Shown: one piece after another, positions 44,101 to 56,024 of the stretch
Layout of the letters: each line of letters opens with the position of its first letter
Numbering within the stretch: the first letter of the stretch is position 1
Source: Nemertoderma westbladi
Lineage: Eukaryota > Animalia > Xenacoelomorpha
Length of the DNA stretch: 64,000 bases
Assembly (NCBI GenBank): GCA_032718475.1
Contig: JAUCBJ010006295.1
Location: 1-64,000, forward strand
Direction of reading: 5' to 3'
The notes under the pieces: model-generated
Database searches by the model: none
What the model saw: the letters and a program-made list of their open reading frames with translations, nothing else
What the model was told of the DNA's origin: nothing
Program-made: the position numbers and the translations under genes

Positions 44101-47100
44101 TAGCAACCAATAGAGACGACCCAGGTAGGTAGCAACCAATAGAGACGACCCAGGTAGGTAGCAACCAATAGAGACGACCCAGGTAGGTAGCAACCAATAG
44201 AGACGACCCTGGTAGGTAGCAACCAATAGAGACGACCCTGGTAGGTAGCAACCAATAGAGACGACCCAGGTAGGTAGCAACCAATAGAGACGACCCAGGT
44301 AGGTAGCAACCAATAGAGACGACCCTGGTAGGTAGCAACCAATAGAGACGACCCTGGTAGGTAGCAACCAATAGAGACGACCCAGGTAGGTAGCAACCAA
44401 TAGAGACGACCCAGGTAGGTAGCAACCAATAGAGACGACCCAGGTAGGTAGCAACCAATAGAGACGACCCTGGTAGGTAGCAACCAATAGAGACGACCCA
44501 GGTAGGTAGCAACCAATAGAGACGACCCTGGTAGGTAGCAACCAATAGAGACGACCCAGGTAGGTAGCAACCAATAGAGACGACCCAGGTAGGTAGCAAC
44601 CAATAGAGACGACCCAGGTAGGTAGCAACCAATAGAGACGACCCAGGTAGGTAGCAACCAATAGAGACGACCCTGGTAGGTAGCAACCAATAGAGACGAC
44701 CCTGGTAGGTAGCAACCAATAGAGACGACCCTGGTAGGTAGCAACCAATAGAGACGACCCTGGTAGGTAGCAACCAATAGAGACGACCCAGGTAGGTAGC
44801 AACCAATAGAGACGACCCTGGTAGGTAGCAACCAATAGAGACGACCCAGGTAGGTAGCAACCAATAGAGACGACCCAGGTAGGTAGCAACCAATAGAGAC
44901 GACCCAGGTAGGTAGCAACCAATAGAGACGACCCAGGTAGGTAGCAACCAATAGAGACGACCCTGGTAGGTAGCAACCAATAGAGACGACCCAGGTAGGT
45001 AGCAACCAATAGAGACGACCCTGGTAGGTAGCAACCAATAGAGACGACCCTGGTAGGTAGCAACCAATAGAGACGACCCTGGTAGGTAGCAACCAATAGA
45101 GACGACCCTGGTAGGTAGCAACCAATAGAGACGACCCAGGTAGGTAGCAACCAATAGAGACGACCCTGGTAGGTAGCAACCAATAGAGACGACCCTGGTA
45201 GGTAGCAACCAATAGAGACGACCCTGGTAGGTAGCAACCAATAGAGACGACCCTGGTAGGTAGCAACCAATAGAGACGACCCTGGTAGGTAGCAACCAAT
45301 AGAGACGACCCTGGTAGGTAGCAACCAATAGAGACGACCCTGGTAGGTAGCAACCAATAGAGACGACCCTGGTAGGTAGCAACCAATAGAGACAACCCAG
45401 GTGGGTAGCAACCTATAGAGACAACCCAGGTAGGTAGGTACCAATAATAGAGACGATCCTGGTAGGTAGCAACCAATAGAGACGACCCAGGTAGGTAGCA
45501 ACCAATAGAGACAACCCAGGTAGGTAGCAACCAATAGAGACGACCCAGGTAGGTAGCAACCAATAGAGACGACCCTGGTAGGTAGCAACCAATAGAGACG
45601 ACCCTGGTAGGTAGCAACCAATAGAGACGACCCTGGTAGGTAGCAACCAATAGAGACGACCCTGGTAGGTAGCAACCAATAGAGACGACCCTGGTAGGTA
45701 GCAACCAATAGAGACGACCCTGGTAGGTAGCAACCAATAGAGACGACCCTGGTAGGTAGCAACCAATAGAGACGACCCAGGTAGGTAGCAACCAATAGAG
45801 ACGACCCAGGTAGGTAGCAACCAATAGAAACGACCCAGGTAGGTAGCAACCAATAGAGACGACCCAGGTAGGTAGCAACCAATAGAGACGACCCAGGTAG
45901 GTAGCAACCAATAGAGATGATCCAGGTAGGTAGCAACCAATAGAGACGACCCTGGTAGGTAGCAACCAATAGAGACGACCCAGGTAGGTAGCAACCAATA
46001 GGGACGACCCAGGTAGGTAGCAACCAATAGAGACGACCCAGGTAGGTAGCAAGGAGACGAACCAGGTAGGTAGCAACGAGACGAACCAGGTAGGTAGCAA
46101 CCAATAGAGACGACCCAGATAGGTAGCAACCAATAGAGACGACCCAGGTAGGTAGCAACCAATAGAAACGACCCAGGTAGGTAGCAACCAATAATAGAGA
46201 CGATCCTGGTAGGTAGCAACCAATAGAGACGACCCAGGTAGGTAGCAACCAATAGAGACGACCCAGGTAGGTAGCAACCAATAGAGACGACCCTGGTAGG
46301 TAGCAACCAATAGAGACGACCCAGGTAGGTAGCAACCAATAGGGACGACCCAGGTAGGTAGCAACCAATAGAGACGACCCAGGTAGGTAGCAAGGAGACG
46401 AACCAGGTAGGTAGCAACGAGACGAACCAGGTAGGTAGCAACCAATAGAGACGACCCAGATAGGTAGCAACCAATAGAGACGACCCAGGTAGGTAGCAAC
46501 CAATAGAGACGACCCAGGTAGGTAGCAACCAATAGAGACGACCCAGGTAGGTAGCAACCAATAGAAACGACCCAGGTAGGTAGCAACCAATAGAGACGAC
46601 CCAGGTAGGTAGCAACCAATAGAGACGACCCAGGTAGGTAGAACCACTGTACAACACAGTAATTTAATAAGAGACTCAGAGCGCTGCAATGACACAATGT
46701 CTGTTTATAATTTTAGGAGTAATAGACCCTGTATCGGGTTATGTGGCCCCTGCAGGTGAAGTTGAGATGGAGACTGGAAGAGGTCCGATGGAGTCTTTCA
46801 AGTGTTACGATAACACACCCCAGTCAACCACACCACAAACAATGCAAGATTACAGGTGGGAAGGACTCATTGCTCTTTGTGAATATGGTAGAACAGAACA
46901 CCCCATCTGATATTTTCGATTTTCATAGATTTTGGTTGAATGAACATTAAGTAGAGTTCTACAGTATGTGGTCATTCTTTCCAGCCGTTACAGCAGTTTC
47001 GCACAATAAATTAACCCAATTTTTCTTTCATTCCTGTATAGAAATCTCTGATATGATAGAATACCATTTCTTAATATCGTCTGTAAAAACGCAAAAGGGC

Positions 47101-50100
47101 ATTTATGGATGCGATGGATAATTTGATGGCAAAAGGCAAAAGGGCATTTGATGGTGCCATCAATTTAGTACCGGTATAACATAACCCTGTTTTAATCCGC
47201 TTAAATCACTTTCGTTCCTCTAGCATCCCGTAGTTTGATATTTCTGAAGGTAATATACAGGTTTTCAAGGTCGCTGATCACGATGAAACTAATTATCAAT
47301 ATTTATGGTAATACAATCTCAATTTTGGTGCCATTCTGGTGCCCCAAAACGTAAAGTACAATTAGCAAAAAATTGCAAACTTTTAAATTTCACCTTTGGT
47401 TTGCTAATTCTGAAGAGATACTGGTTTTCAAGCGCGCTGATCGCGATACAACTCGTTAAAAATCATTCGTGTAACGCAACTATCGTTTTTGGTGCTTGTC
47501 TGGTGGGACGTAAAAACGTAAAATACAAGTAGCATAAAATTTCAAACGGCAAAAATCGAATTTGGTTGATTAATAATATTTTCTAGTGTCATATTCGTGA
47601 TCAGCGTCCGAGAAAACCCCTAATGTCTTAAAACTAGGTTGATTTGGTAATGGTTTTTATTTTCAAATTAGTGCTACTTGTATTTTTCGAGCTGCGCATT
47701 GACACATATCCAAAAATTCCCTAACCAACAAGGTACGATATATTTCAGTGTCATATTCGTGATCAGTATCCCATGAAACCAATTTTATTTACAATAAAAT
47801 CAATTTGATTTTGTGGTGATTTTTCATTTTCATACACCAAAATATAGTGTCATATTTCAGTGACCCACCACCCCCCCCCCCCCCCCCCCCTTATTTTTTA
47901 CTACAAATCTTAATGAGATTGCATGAAATTTGAAACATAGATAGTTTCACCTCCCGACCATGCAACATTTGAACGCCCATATCTCAGCTATTTTTCAACG
48001 AAATTCAAATTGTGTCATTCGTATAAAATGTAACGTAAAATCATTCGTGTAACGCAACTATCGTTTTTGGTGCTTGTCTGGTGGGACGAATAATACAAGT
48101 AGCATAAAATTTCAAACGGCAAAAATCGAATTTGGTTGGTTTCATCGTATTCTTTTTATCGTAATGTTTCCCTGTCCACTACAAATTTTTCACATGTTAA
48201 TATTTTAGCAGTCCTCAATAAAATTGCTGCTAAAAAAAATGAACTCAAGACAACTTACCTAGTATTATTTTTTCGCGTTTATCTGTCTGCTTGGCTGCCT
48301 CACTATCTGTGTTTTTTATGTTTCCTTTAACACACCGACACTTCCTTCAATTTGGCTTTTGGCGATTGTTGTACCTCTTTATAAAAAAAAAAGGCGATGT
48401 TTGCAATCCCTATAATTACCGACCTATCTCACTCACATGTATAGCATGTAAAATCATGGAAATGTGTGTGAAAAAGGACCTTATAACATATTTACGTGCT
48501 CATAATTTGATTTCCAAGGCCCAGCACGGCTTTCTAGAACGTAAATCTACGTGCAGTCAATTACTAGAGTGTATTAATGATTGGTACAATATATTAGAGT
48601 GCAGCAGTAGTTCCAGTACTCCTCTATGGGAGTCCATGCTGGGCTCTTACTGCTGAGGACACCAAATCTCTGGATGGCACATTCACAAGAATGCTACGCC
48701 GGGTTCATTGTGTCAAGTACAATGCACACATCTACAACCAGACAATATATAACATTGGAGGTATCTCATTGGTTCCCCCAAGCTTGGCACTAGAACAAAG
48801 TCGCCTCCGCTTTGCAGGACATTGCTTTCGCCGTGAGGACCAGCCAGTGCATAATCTTGTACTTTGGCAGCCTCATGGAGTGAATAAGCATGGTGGACAG
48901 CCGATGACTTAATTGAGACGCATCTTAAAGGACACTGGCCTTGAAGATGCGGATGATCTAGCAAATGTCATGGGTGATAAGGAGTTTTGGCGGCGCAATT
49001 TTGTCGACAAGCCGGCACAGCATTCTTAAAAATGCAGCTGCAATGCAGCATGCCGATCTAGTAGTACAATATATTAGATAACCGGGGCAATCTCAACTCT
49101 CTAAATCACACTCTAAAATATTATGTAAGCTTTCTGCTTATGGGATATCGGGAGACTTATTAGCTTGGCTGGGTGCCTTTTTCTCAGATCGAACCCAAAG
49201 CGTCCTCGTTGGAAATGAATTCTCTCCTAAGACGAGAGTTATATCTGGCACGGTACAGGGCAGTGTTCTGAGCCCAACAATATTCTTACTTTTTACAAAT
49301 GATCTTCCCGATATCCTCGATGCAGTCTCTGTTAAACTTTTCGCAGATGATGTAAAATTGTACTCCAATTCTACCGATCTCAATAAACTAACTCACCCTC
49401 GCAACACTAAATAATTGGGCCCGCGAGTGGCAGCTTACTATTGCTGCACACAAATGTGCTGTTATCCACATAGGTAATAATATAATATTATGCACTGTTC
49501 TTACAAATTAAACGATTCTGTTATCATTAGTGGCAATTCGTGTAGTGAATTAGGACTAATCGTCCAGAATGACCTCAAATTTAATCAATTATGCAAAAAA
49601 CAAACCGCCAAGGCGTATAGAATAATAAATATATGCTTGATACTGATTGAAGTCTTTCATTGCGGTTCGTTTTACTACTTTTCTAAGTTGGCTAGCGGTT
49701 CCGTTACAGGCCTACATCCGCCGGGACGGAGACTACACCAGGGGTTGTTCCGGAAAGGATACAACGATCCAAGACGGACCTCGTTACCAGTCGCGTACTC
49801 AGCTGGAAGGACAGATCCCCGACCCAGTCGGTTCTACGCGGAAAAATAATATGTTCAGGTGAGTCGAGTTCGTCTGTCATAAAATAGTTCTAACTAAACA
49901 ACCGTATAATTCCTTTAAGTCCTATAATCTAACACTTTATCTATCTAACCAGTCTATCTAACTATATGATTTTATTTTAACACGCCTCGACTAGAAATCT
50001 CACATAGCTACTTGGGGTGGGAGTATGTATAATTTGAATAGATTAGAAAATTTAAATATTATTTTTTTATATGTAAAAAAAAAAAAAACCTTTAACCTAT

Positions 50101-53100
50101 TCTATAGTAGTCACGGGCTCATTATTCGAAAATAAAAGTAAATTTAATAACATCATAAATAGCTTTAATCGCTATTAAGTTTACTTTAATTATGTTGTGC
50201 TCTACTAGTAGCTCTAATAGTTCATATAAATTGTTGGTTTTAATATTTAGTTTACTACCAGACGGCTACTATCGGGGGACTACAACAGTAGTCAGGGCGT
50301 GGTGGGCTACACTGTCATAGAAACCGTTCAGATAGTTGATGTTTTGCACAGCATATGGAGGTGGTTTAAGCCTCATTATCGAATGTTCTACTGTACCATT
50401 CTTTTTATTTGTCTAGGTTCAGTCGACAAGCGACCAACGTCAGGTAATTCAGAAGGCGAAGTGGCCAAGGATATAGTGAAGACTCCAGAAGAAGGCTCGA
50501 TCGCCTGGCGGGATAAAACAGCGTTAAAATATATGTATACCAGTGAGACACAAGCGTGAGTTACTGGAGCTAAAATATATGTATACTAGTGAGACACAAG
50601 CGTGAGTGACTGGAGCTAAAATATATGTATACTAGTGAGACACAAGCGTGAGTTACTAGAGCTAAAATATATGTATACCAGTGAGACACAAGCGTGAGTT
50701 ACTGGAGCTAAAATATATGTATACTAGTGAGACACAAGCGTGAGTGACTGGAGCTAAAATATATGTATACCAGTGAGACACAAGCGTGAGTTACTGGAGC
50801 TAAAATATATGTATACCAGTGAGACACAAGCGTGAGTTACTGGAGCTAAAATATATGTATACTAGTGAGACACAAGCGTGAGTGACTGGAGCTAAAATAT
50901 ATGTATACCAGTGAGACACAGGCGTGAGTGACTGGAGCTAAAATATTGTGTACCAGTGAGACACAAGCGTGAGTGACTGGAGCTAAAATATATGTATACC
51001 AGTGAGACACAAGCGTGAGTTACTGGAGCTAAAATATATGTATACCAGTGAGACACAAGCGTGAGTTACTGGAGCTAAAATATATGTATACTAGTGAGAC
51101 ACAAGCGTGAGTGACTGGAGCTAAAATATATGTATACCAGTGAGACACAGGCGTGAGTGACTGGAGCTAAAATATTGTATACCAGTGAGACACAAGCGTG
51201 AGTTACTGGAGCTAAAATATATGTATACCAGTGAGACACAAGCGTGAGTTACTGGAGCTAAAATATATGTATACCAGTGAGACACAAGCGGGAGTGACTG
51301 GAGCTAAAATATTTGTATACCAGTGAGACACAAGCGTGAGTGACTGGAGCTAAAATATTTGTATACCAGTGAGACACAAGCGTGAGTTACTGGAGCTAAA
51401 ATATATGTATACCAGTGAGACACAAGCGTGAGTGACTGGAGCTAAAATATATGTATACTAGTGAGACACAAGCGTGAGTTACTGGAGCTAAAATATATGT
51501 ATACTAGTGAGACACAAGCGTGAGTGACTGGAGCTAAAATATATGTATACTAGTGAGACACAGGCGTGAGTGACTGGAGCTAAAATATATGTATACCAGT
51601 GAGACACAAGCGTGAGTTACTGGAGCTAAAATATATGTATACCAGTGAGACACAAGCGTGAGTTACTGGAGCTAAAATATATGTATACCAGTGAGACACA
51701 AGCGTGAGTTACTGGAGCTAAAATATATGTATACCAGTGAGACACAAGCGTGAGTTACTGGAGCTAAAATATATGTATACTAGTGAGACACAAGCGTGAG
51801 TGACTGGAGCTAAAATATATGTATACCAGTGAGACACAAGCGTGAGTTACTGGAGCTAAAATATATGTATACCAGTGAGACACAAGCGTGAGTTACTGGA
51901 GCTAAAATATATGTATACCAGTGAGACACAAGCGTGAGTTACTGGAGCTAAAATATATGTATACTAGTGAGACACAAGCGTGAGTGACTGGAGCTAAAAT
52001 ATATGTATACCAGTGAGACACAAGCGTGAGTTACTGGAGCTAAAATATATGTATACCAGTGAGACACAAGCGTGAGTTACTGGAGCTAAAATATATGTAT
52101 ACTAGTGAGACACAAGCGTGAGTGACTGGAGCTAAAATATATGTATACTAGTGAGACACAAGCGTGAGTGACTGGAGCTAAAATATATGTATACTAGTGA
52201 GACACAAGCGGGAGTGACTGGAGCTAAAATATTTGTATACCAGTGAGACACAAGCGTGAGTGACTGGAGCTAAAATATATGTATACCAGTGAGACACAAG
52301 CGTAAGTTACTGGAGCTAAAATATATGTATACCAGTGAGACACAAGCGTGAGTGACTGGAGCTAAAATATATGTATACCAGTGAGACACAAGCGTGAGTT
52401 ACTGGAGCTAAAATATATGTATACCAGTGAGACACAAGCGTGAGTGACTGGAGCTAAAATATATGTATACTAGTGAGACAGAGGCGTGAGTGACTGGAGC
52501 TAAAATATATGTATACTAGTGAGACACAAGCGTGAGTTACTGGAGCTAAAATATATGTATACCAGTGAGACACAAGCGTGAGTTACTGGAGCTAAAATAT
52601 ATGTATACTAGTGAGACACAAGCGTGAGTTACTGGAGCTAAAATATATGTATACTAGTGAGACACAAGCGTGAGTGACTGGAGCTAAAATATATGTATAC
52701 CAGTGAGACACAACGGCCACGGCCAAGTACTGTAGGGATGAGCACAGTGGCAGCAGATGATGGTATGACAGATGGGTGGCCATGAGGAGGTAAATTGCGG
52801 ACATGATACAAGGTATCAGATAGTATTTCCATGTCTATCTTTTATCTGGGCCGCTAGCTGAATGGTTAGAGCGTCATGCTTCCAACCCGGAGGTCACCAG
52901 TTCGATCCCACCTGGACGTCATTGCCGTCTTTGCAAAAGCTGTGCCCAACAAAAAGTTATAGTGAGACACAAGTGTGACTGACTGGAGAAAAAATTATTT
53001 ATCCTTAAATCTTATTATTTACTTATTTAGTAGAGCTTACATTATTTATCATTAGAGCTTGCATTATTTATCATTAGAGCTTACATTTATTTATCATTAG

Positions 53101-56024
53101 AGCTTACATTATTTATTGATAGAGCTTACATTATTTATCATTAGAGCTTACATTATTTATCATTAGAGCTTACATTTATTTATCATTAGAGCTTACATTA
53201 TTTATCATTGGAGCTTACAATTATTTATCATTTTAGCTTACATTATTTATCATTAGAGCTTACACTATTTATCTTTAGAGCTTACATTATTTATCATTGG
53301 CGCTTACAATTATTTATTGATAGAGCTTACATTTATCATTCGAGTTTACATTATTTATCATTGGAGCTTACAATTATTTATCATTTGAGCTTACAAGTAT
53401 TTATCATTAGAACGTACAATTATTTATCATTAGAGCTTACATTATGTATCATTAGAGCTTATATTTATTTATCATTATCGAGCTTACAATTATTTATCAT
53501 TAGAGCTTACATTATTTATTGATAGAGAGATTACATTATTTATTGATAGAGAGATTACATTTATTTATCATTAGAGCTTACATTATTTATCATTAGAGCT
53601 TACACTATTTATCTTTAGAGCTTACATTATTTATCATTGGCGCTTACAATTATTTATTGATAGAGCTTACATTTATCATTCGAGTTTACATTATTTATCA
53701 TTGGAGCTTACAATTATTTATCATTTGAGCTTACAAGTATTTATCATTAGAACGTACAATTATTTATCATTAGAGCTTACATTATGTATCATTAGAGCTT
53801 ATATTTATTTATCATTATCGAGCTTACAATTATTTATCATTAGAGCTTACATTATTTATTGATAGAGAGATTACATTTATTTATCATTAGAGCTTACATT
53901 ATTTATCATTAGAGCTTACAATTATTTATCTTTAGAGCTTACATTATTTATCATTAGAGCTTACATTTATTTATTATTAGAGCTTACATTATTTATCACT
54001 AGAGCTTACATTTATTTATTATTAGAGATTACATTATTTATCACTAGAGCTTACATATATTTATTATTAGAGCTTACAACCAAGTGGATTGGGACGCCCG
54101 TGTACCGCGGCGACCCTTACCGCCAGCAAATAGTATTGAAGCTCAAGCTGATCCAGTTTCCATAACAACAACTTATAAACGTTACGAACCAAAGGAGAAT
54201 GAATGGCAATTGTTTGGAAATTATTGGGACAGAGTTCAACCCCGGAACCCACACATTCCACATAGGGACGTTAGCTTGTAAGTAAAAATAGTTACAATAA
54301 ATCTATTTACCTCACTTTTGTGCAAAGTATCACTGCACAGTGTGCTGTTTACGATTGGTTTGATATACGAACGAGCGTAGAGAGTGAAAATAAATCCTCA
54401 ATAATTATACTTAAATACTATTTTGACGCGTCAGGATTGTAACAAATCCTATTTTAAAATTAGAAAAGTCCCACCAGTAATAAATTGATTTTTTTTTAAC
54501 AATAAACGTAGTTTTTTTTCAGTAGCCGATATGATAATAATAAAATAAAATAAATATTACGTAAGTGATTATTTAAACGGAACAATGGATATGGGGGAGA
54601 AAATAGAAATAAACAGTTTGTTTTTGCTATATTTCGGACTCCTTACTTCTGACCATAGTCTTCCGTAAGGAATCCGACATATAGCAAAAAACAAACTGTT
54701 TTTTCTATCCTCTCCCCATCCATTGTTCCGTTTAATCACTGGCATATTTATTTATGTCAGACAACTTATATTTACATCCCGTTACTGTGTATAAAGTTGT
54801 AATTACTGGTTTGATCCAACTGATGATGCATTGTTACACATACGGAAGTAGTTAGTGACTAAATAAAGCGACGAAGATAAACGATTTATTGCCTTACATC
54901 CTCCCTACAGCTGCAGTCCTTGTAAACCCGAGAAAACGGACCAGATACCCAATTACAGCGGACACGTAGGGGCGCGGTTATTCCCAGACAACCGAGAGGA
55001 TTTGTCGAGAAGTGTTGATATTATAAATAAAGTGAGAACAACTCAGCCGAAACAGTACGAAACCGGCAGGTACGTGTGTTGGGGAAAGACTGTATAAACT
55101 GCATAAACTATAGGCCTACAGAAAAATAAATAAATAATAAAGCCTGTGTACAAAACGTGTTAAATTCCAAAAAAATTATGTATGAAATTTTCTTACTCGT
55201 CCTACACCGTTACACCAGTAAATACACACAAGGTCCCCCCTCAGAACTATACTCCCCAGAGAAAACTGGTACTCATTTAGCACTCATTTAGGGATGGCTA
55301 GCCCCTGTATAGCATCCGTGAAGAATTGAAAATTATCCCGATGTGAATTCAAAGCGAGGGATTATTAAACAACAAGATGGTCTATTTGCAAGTGTTTTTA
55401 ATGAAATCTTAAACTAGGCCTACTGTATATACTGTTTTAATTTAACACAGGGATACGAATATACCTGGTTACACCGGGAAGATATGGTGGCTTAGCTTGG
55501 TCCCATCCCACTCATCTACTCCCCAAGATGGAGCACAAGAGACAACTAGGAGTGTACACAGGTTAGTTAGTGCAGTTGTACCGGTATCAGCAGCTAATTT
55601 GTAGCAAATATTATAAATTGTATCCCATAATTAAATAACATTACTAAAGTAGCCCTCTTTAAACTTGCGTGAGAAAAATTTGGTTTAATTTTTGAGAGGA
55701 TTCTATATTACACTTAATCGTGCTGTGACTTACTTGTACGTAAATTTAATATATCTTCGCAACCAATAAAAAGTAAAAAACTGATGTTACAGGCGCATTC
55801 CTACACCGGCCAACCGTTCCCCCCACAAACACGTGGGGGCGCTGTCCAACATGGTGACGTTGGTTCCGCCACACAATCCCTTCCGAAACATCGAAGGCGA
55901 AAGTTTCGAGGTGCCGCCCCTAGCAACCCCGCCAAGGACGCCCTCCGGTAGCCATAGCAACCACGGTGCAAAATCCAAGCCAATGACTCCGCAGGAGAAG
56001 ATAGCTGACTCAAATGAACAATAG
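41002..56024 (+). CDS. SPATA48: SPATA48/SPMIP7 (C7orf72)-like sperm/ciliary microtubule inner protein, 447 aa; exons 41002-41102, 41497-41603, 46717-46855, 49710-49858, 50417-50555, 54071-54277, 54911-55069, 55451-55561, 55793-56024
   Basis: Nine GT-AG exons join in phase into a 1344-nt ORF. Peptides HRDDPGVIDPVSGYVAPAG, YMYTSETQAAYNQVDWD, ADPVS..YKRYEP..YWDRVQ, IPNYSGHVG, NIPGYTGK and LSNMVTLVPPHNPF match SPATA48 motifs as I recall them. Confidence 0.82.
41322..41395 (+). mobile_element. tRNA-derived SINE head (degenerate)
   Basis: TGTAGTGGTCAGCAC...GGGTTCAATCCC A/B-box-like pair; no acceptor stem. Confidence 0.45.
41497..41603 (+). CDS. SPATA48: SPATA48 exon 2
   Basis: ttctag|FPVLRGDYDQPKRF...HRDDP|gtaggt. 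Confidence 0.82.
41589..46641 (+). repeat. Tandem array, 29-bp unit, ~174 copies; unit is the last 15 nt of SPATA48 exon 2 plus the first 14 nt of the intron
   Basis: Unit ATAGAGACGACCC(A/T)G|GTAGGTAGCAACCA. Confidence 0.95.
46717..46855 (+). CDS. SPATA48: SPATA48 exon 3
   Basis: ttttag|GVIDPVSGYVAPAGEVEMETGRG...QDY|gtggga. Confidence 0.82.
48335..49640 (+). mobile_element. Degraded CR1/L2-clade LINE RT fragment interrupted by an RTE-like insertion
   Basis: NYRPISLTCIACKIME and QHGFL before the insertion; GTVQGSVLSP..FTNDLP..KLFADDVKLY after it; boundaries approximate. Confidence 0.85.
48599..49063 (+). mobile_element. 5'-truncated RTE-like LINE with a 15-bp target-site duplication
   Basis: Encodes RLRFAGHCFRR..HNLVLWQPHG; flanked by GTACAATATATTAGA at 48584-48598 and 49064-49078. 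Confidence 0.85.
49710..49858 (+). CDS. SPATA48: SPATA48 exon 4
   Basis: ttacag|PTSAGTET...SWKDRSPTQSVLRGKIICS|gtgagt; phase 2 in and phase 1 out fit both neighbours. Confidence 0.75.
50417..50555 (+). CDS. SPATA48: SPATA48 exon 5
   Basis: gtctag|GSVDKRP...KTALKYMYTSETQ|gtgagt. Confidence 0.82.
50525..52713 (+). repeat. Tandem array, 46-bp unit, ~48 copies; unit is the last 31 nt of SPATA48 exon 5 plus the first 15 nt of the intron
   Basis: Unit TAAAATATATGTATAC(C/T)AGTGAGACACAAGC|GTGAGT(T/G)ACTGGAGC. Confidence 0.95.
52714..52960 (+). mobile_element. Insertion containing a tRNA-like SINE head (52848-52915)
   Basis: TAGCTGAATGGTTAGAGCG...AGTTCGATCCC; flanked by AGTGAGACACAA at 52702-52713 and 52961-52972. 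Confidence 0.55.
53031..54078 (+). repeat. Tandem array, ~22-bp unit, ~47 copies; unit is the intron 3' end with AG acceptor plus the first 8 nt of SPATA48 exon 6
   Basis: Unit TTATTTATCATTAG|AGCTTACA; the last copy is the real acceptor; internal 340-bp higher-order duplication (53261 vs 53601). Confidence 0.93.
54071..54277 (+). CDS. SPATA48: SPATA48 exon 6
   Basis: tattag|AYNQVDWDARVPRRPLPP...YWDRVQPR...DVS|gtaagt. Confidence 0.87.
54573..54735. mobile_element. Small hairpin MITE-like element
   Basis: TTAAACGGAACAATGGAT...ATCCATTGTTCCGTTTAA, imperfect arms of about 70 bp. Confidence 0.7.
54911..55069 (+). CDS. SPATA48: SPATA48 exon 7
   Basis: ctacag|CSPCKPEKTDQIPNYSGHVG...KVRTTQPK..|gtacgt. 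Confidence 0.85.
55451..55561 (+). CDS. SPATA48: SPATA48 exon 8
   Basis: acacag|DTNIPGYTGKIWW...SVH|gttagt. Confidence 0.85.
55793..56024 (+). CDS. SPATA48: SPATA48 exon 9 (terminal)
   Basis: ttacag|RIPTPANRSPHKHVGALSNMVTLVPPHNPFR...NEQ*. Confidence 0.85.

Noticed and set aside
41524-46697. 1200-1700 aa minus-strand ORFs
   Set aside because: Translations of a stop-free strand of the 29-bp repeat, open in all three frames; the region is SPATA48 intron 2
41604-46716. Intron created de novo by tandem duplication of an AGGT-containing exon segment
   Set aside because: The array ends 75 nt before an independent acceptor, so it expanded an existing intron rather than creating one
52848-52915. 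Functional tRNA gene
   Set aside because: A and B boxes are present but the acceptor stem does not pair; treated as a SINE head, as are 41322 and 35565-35638
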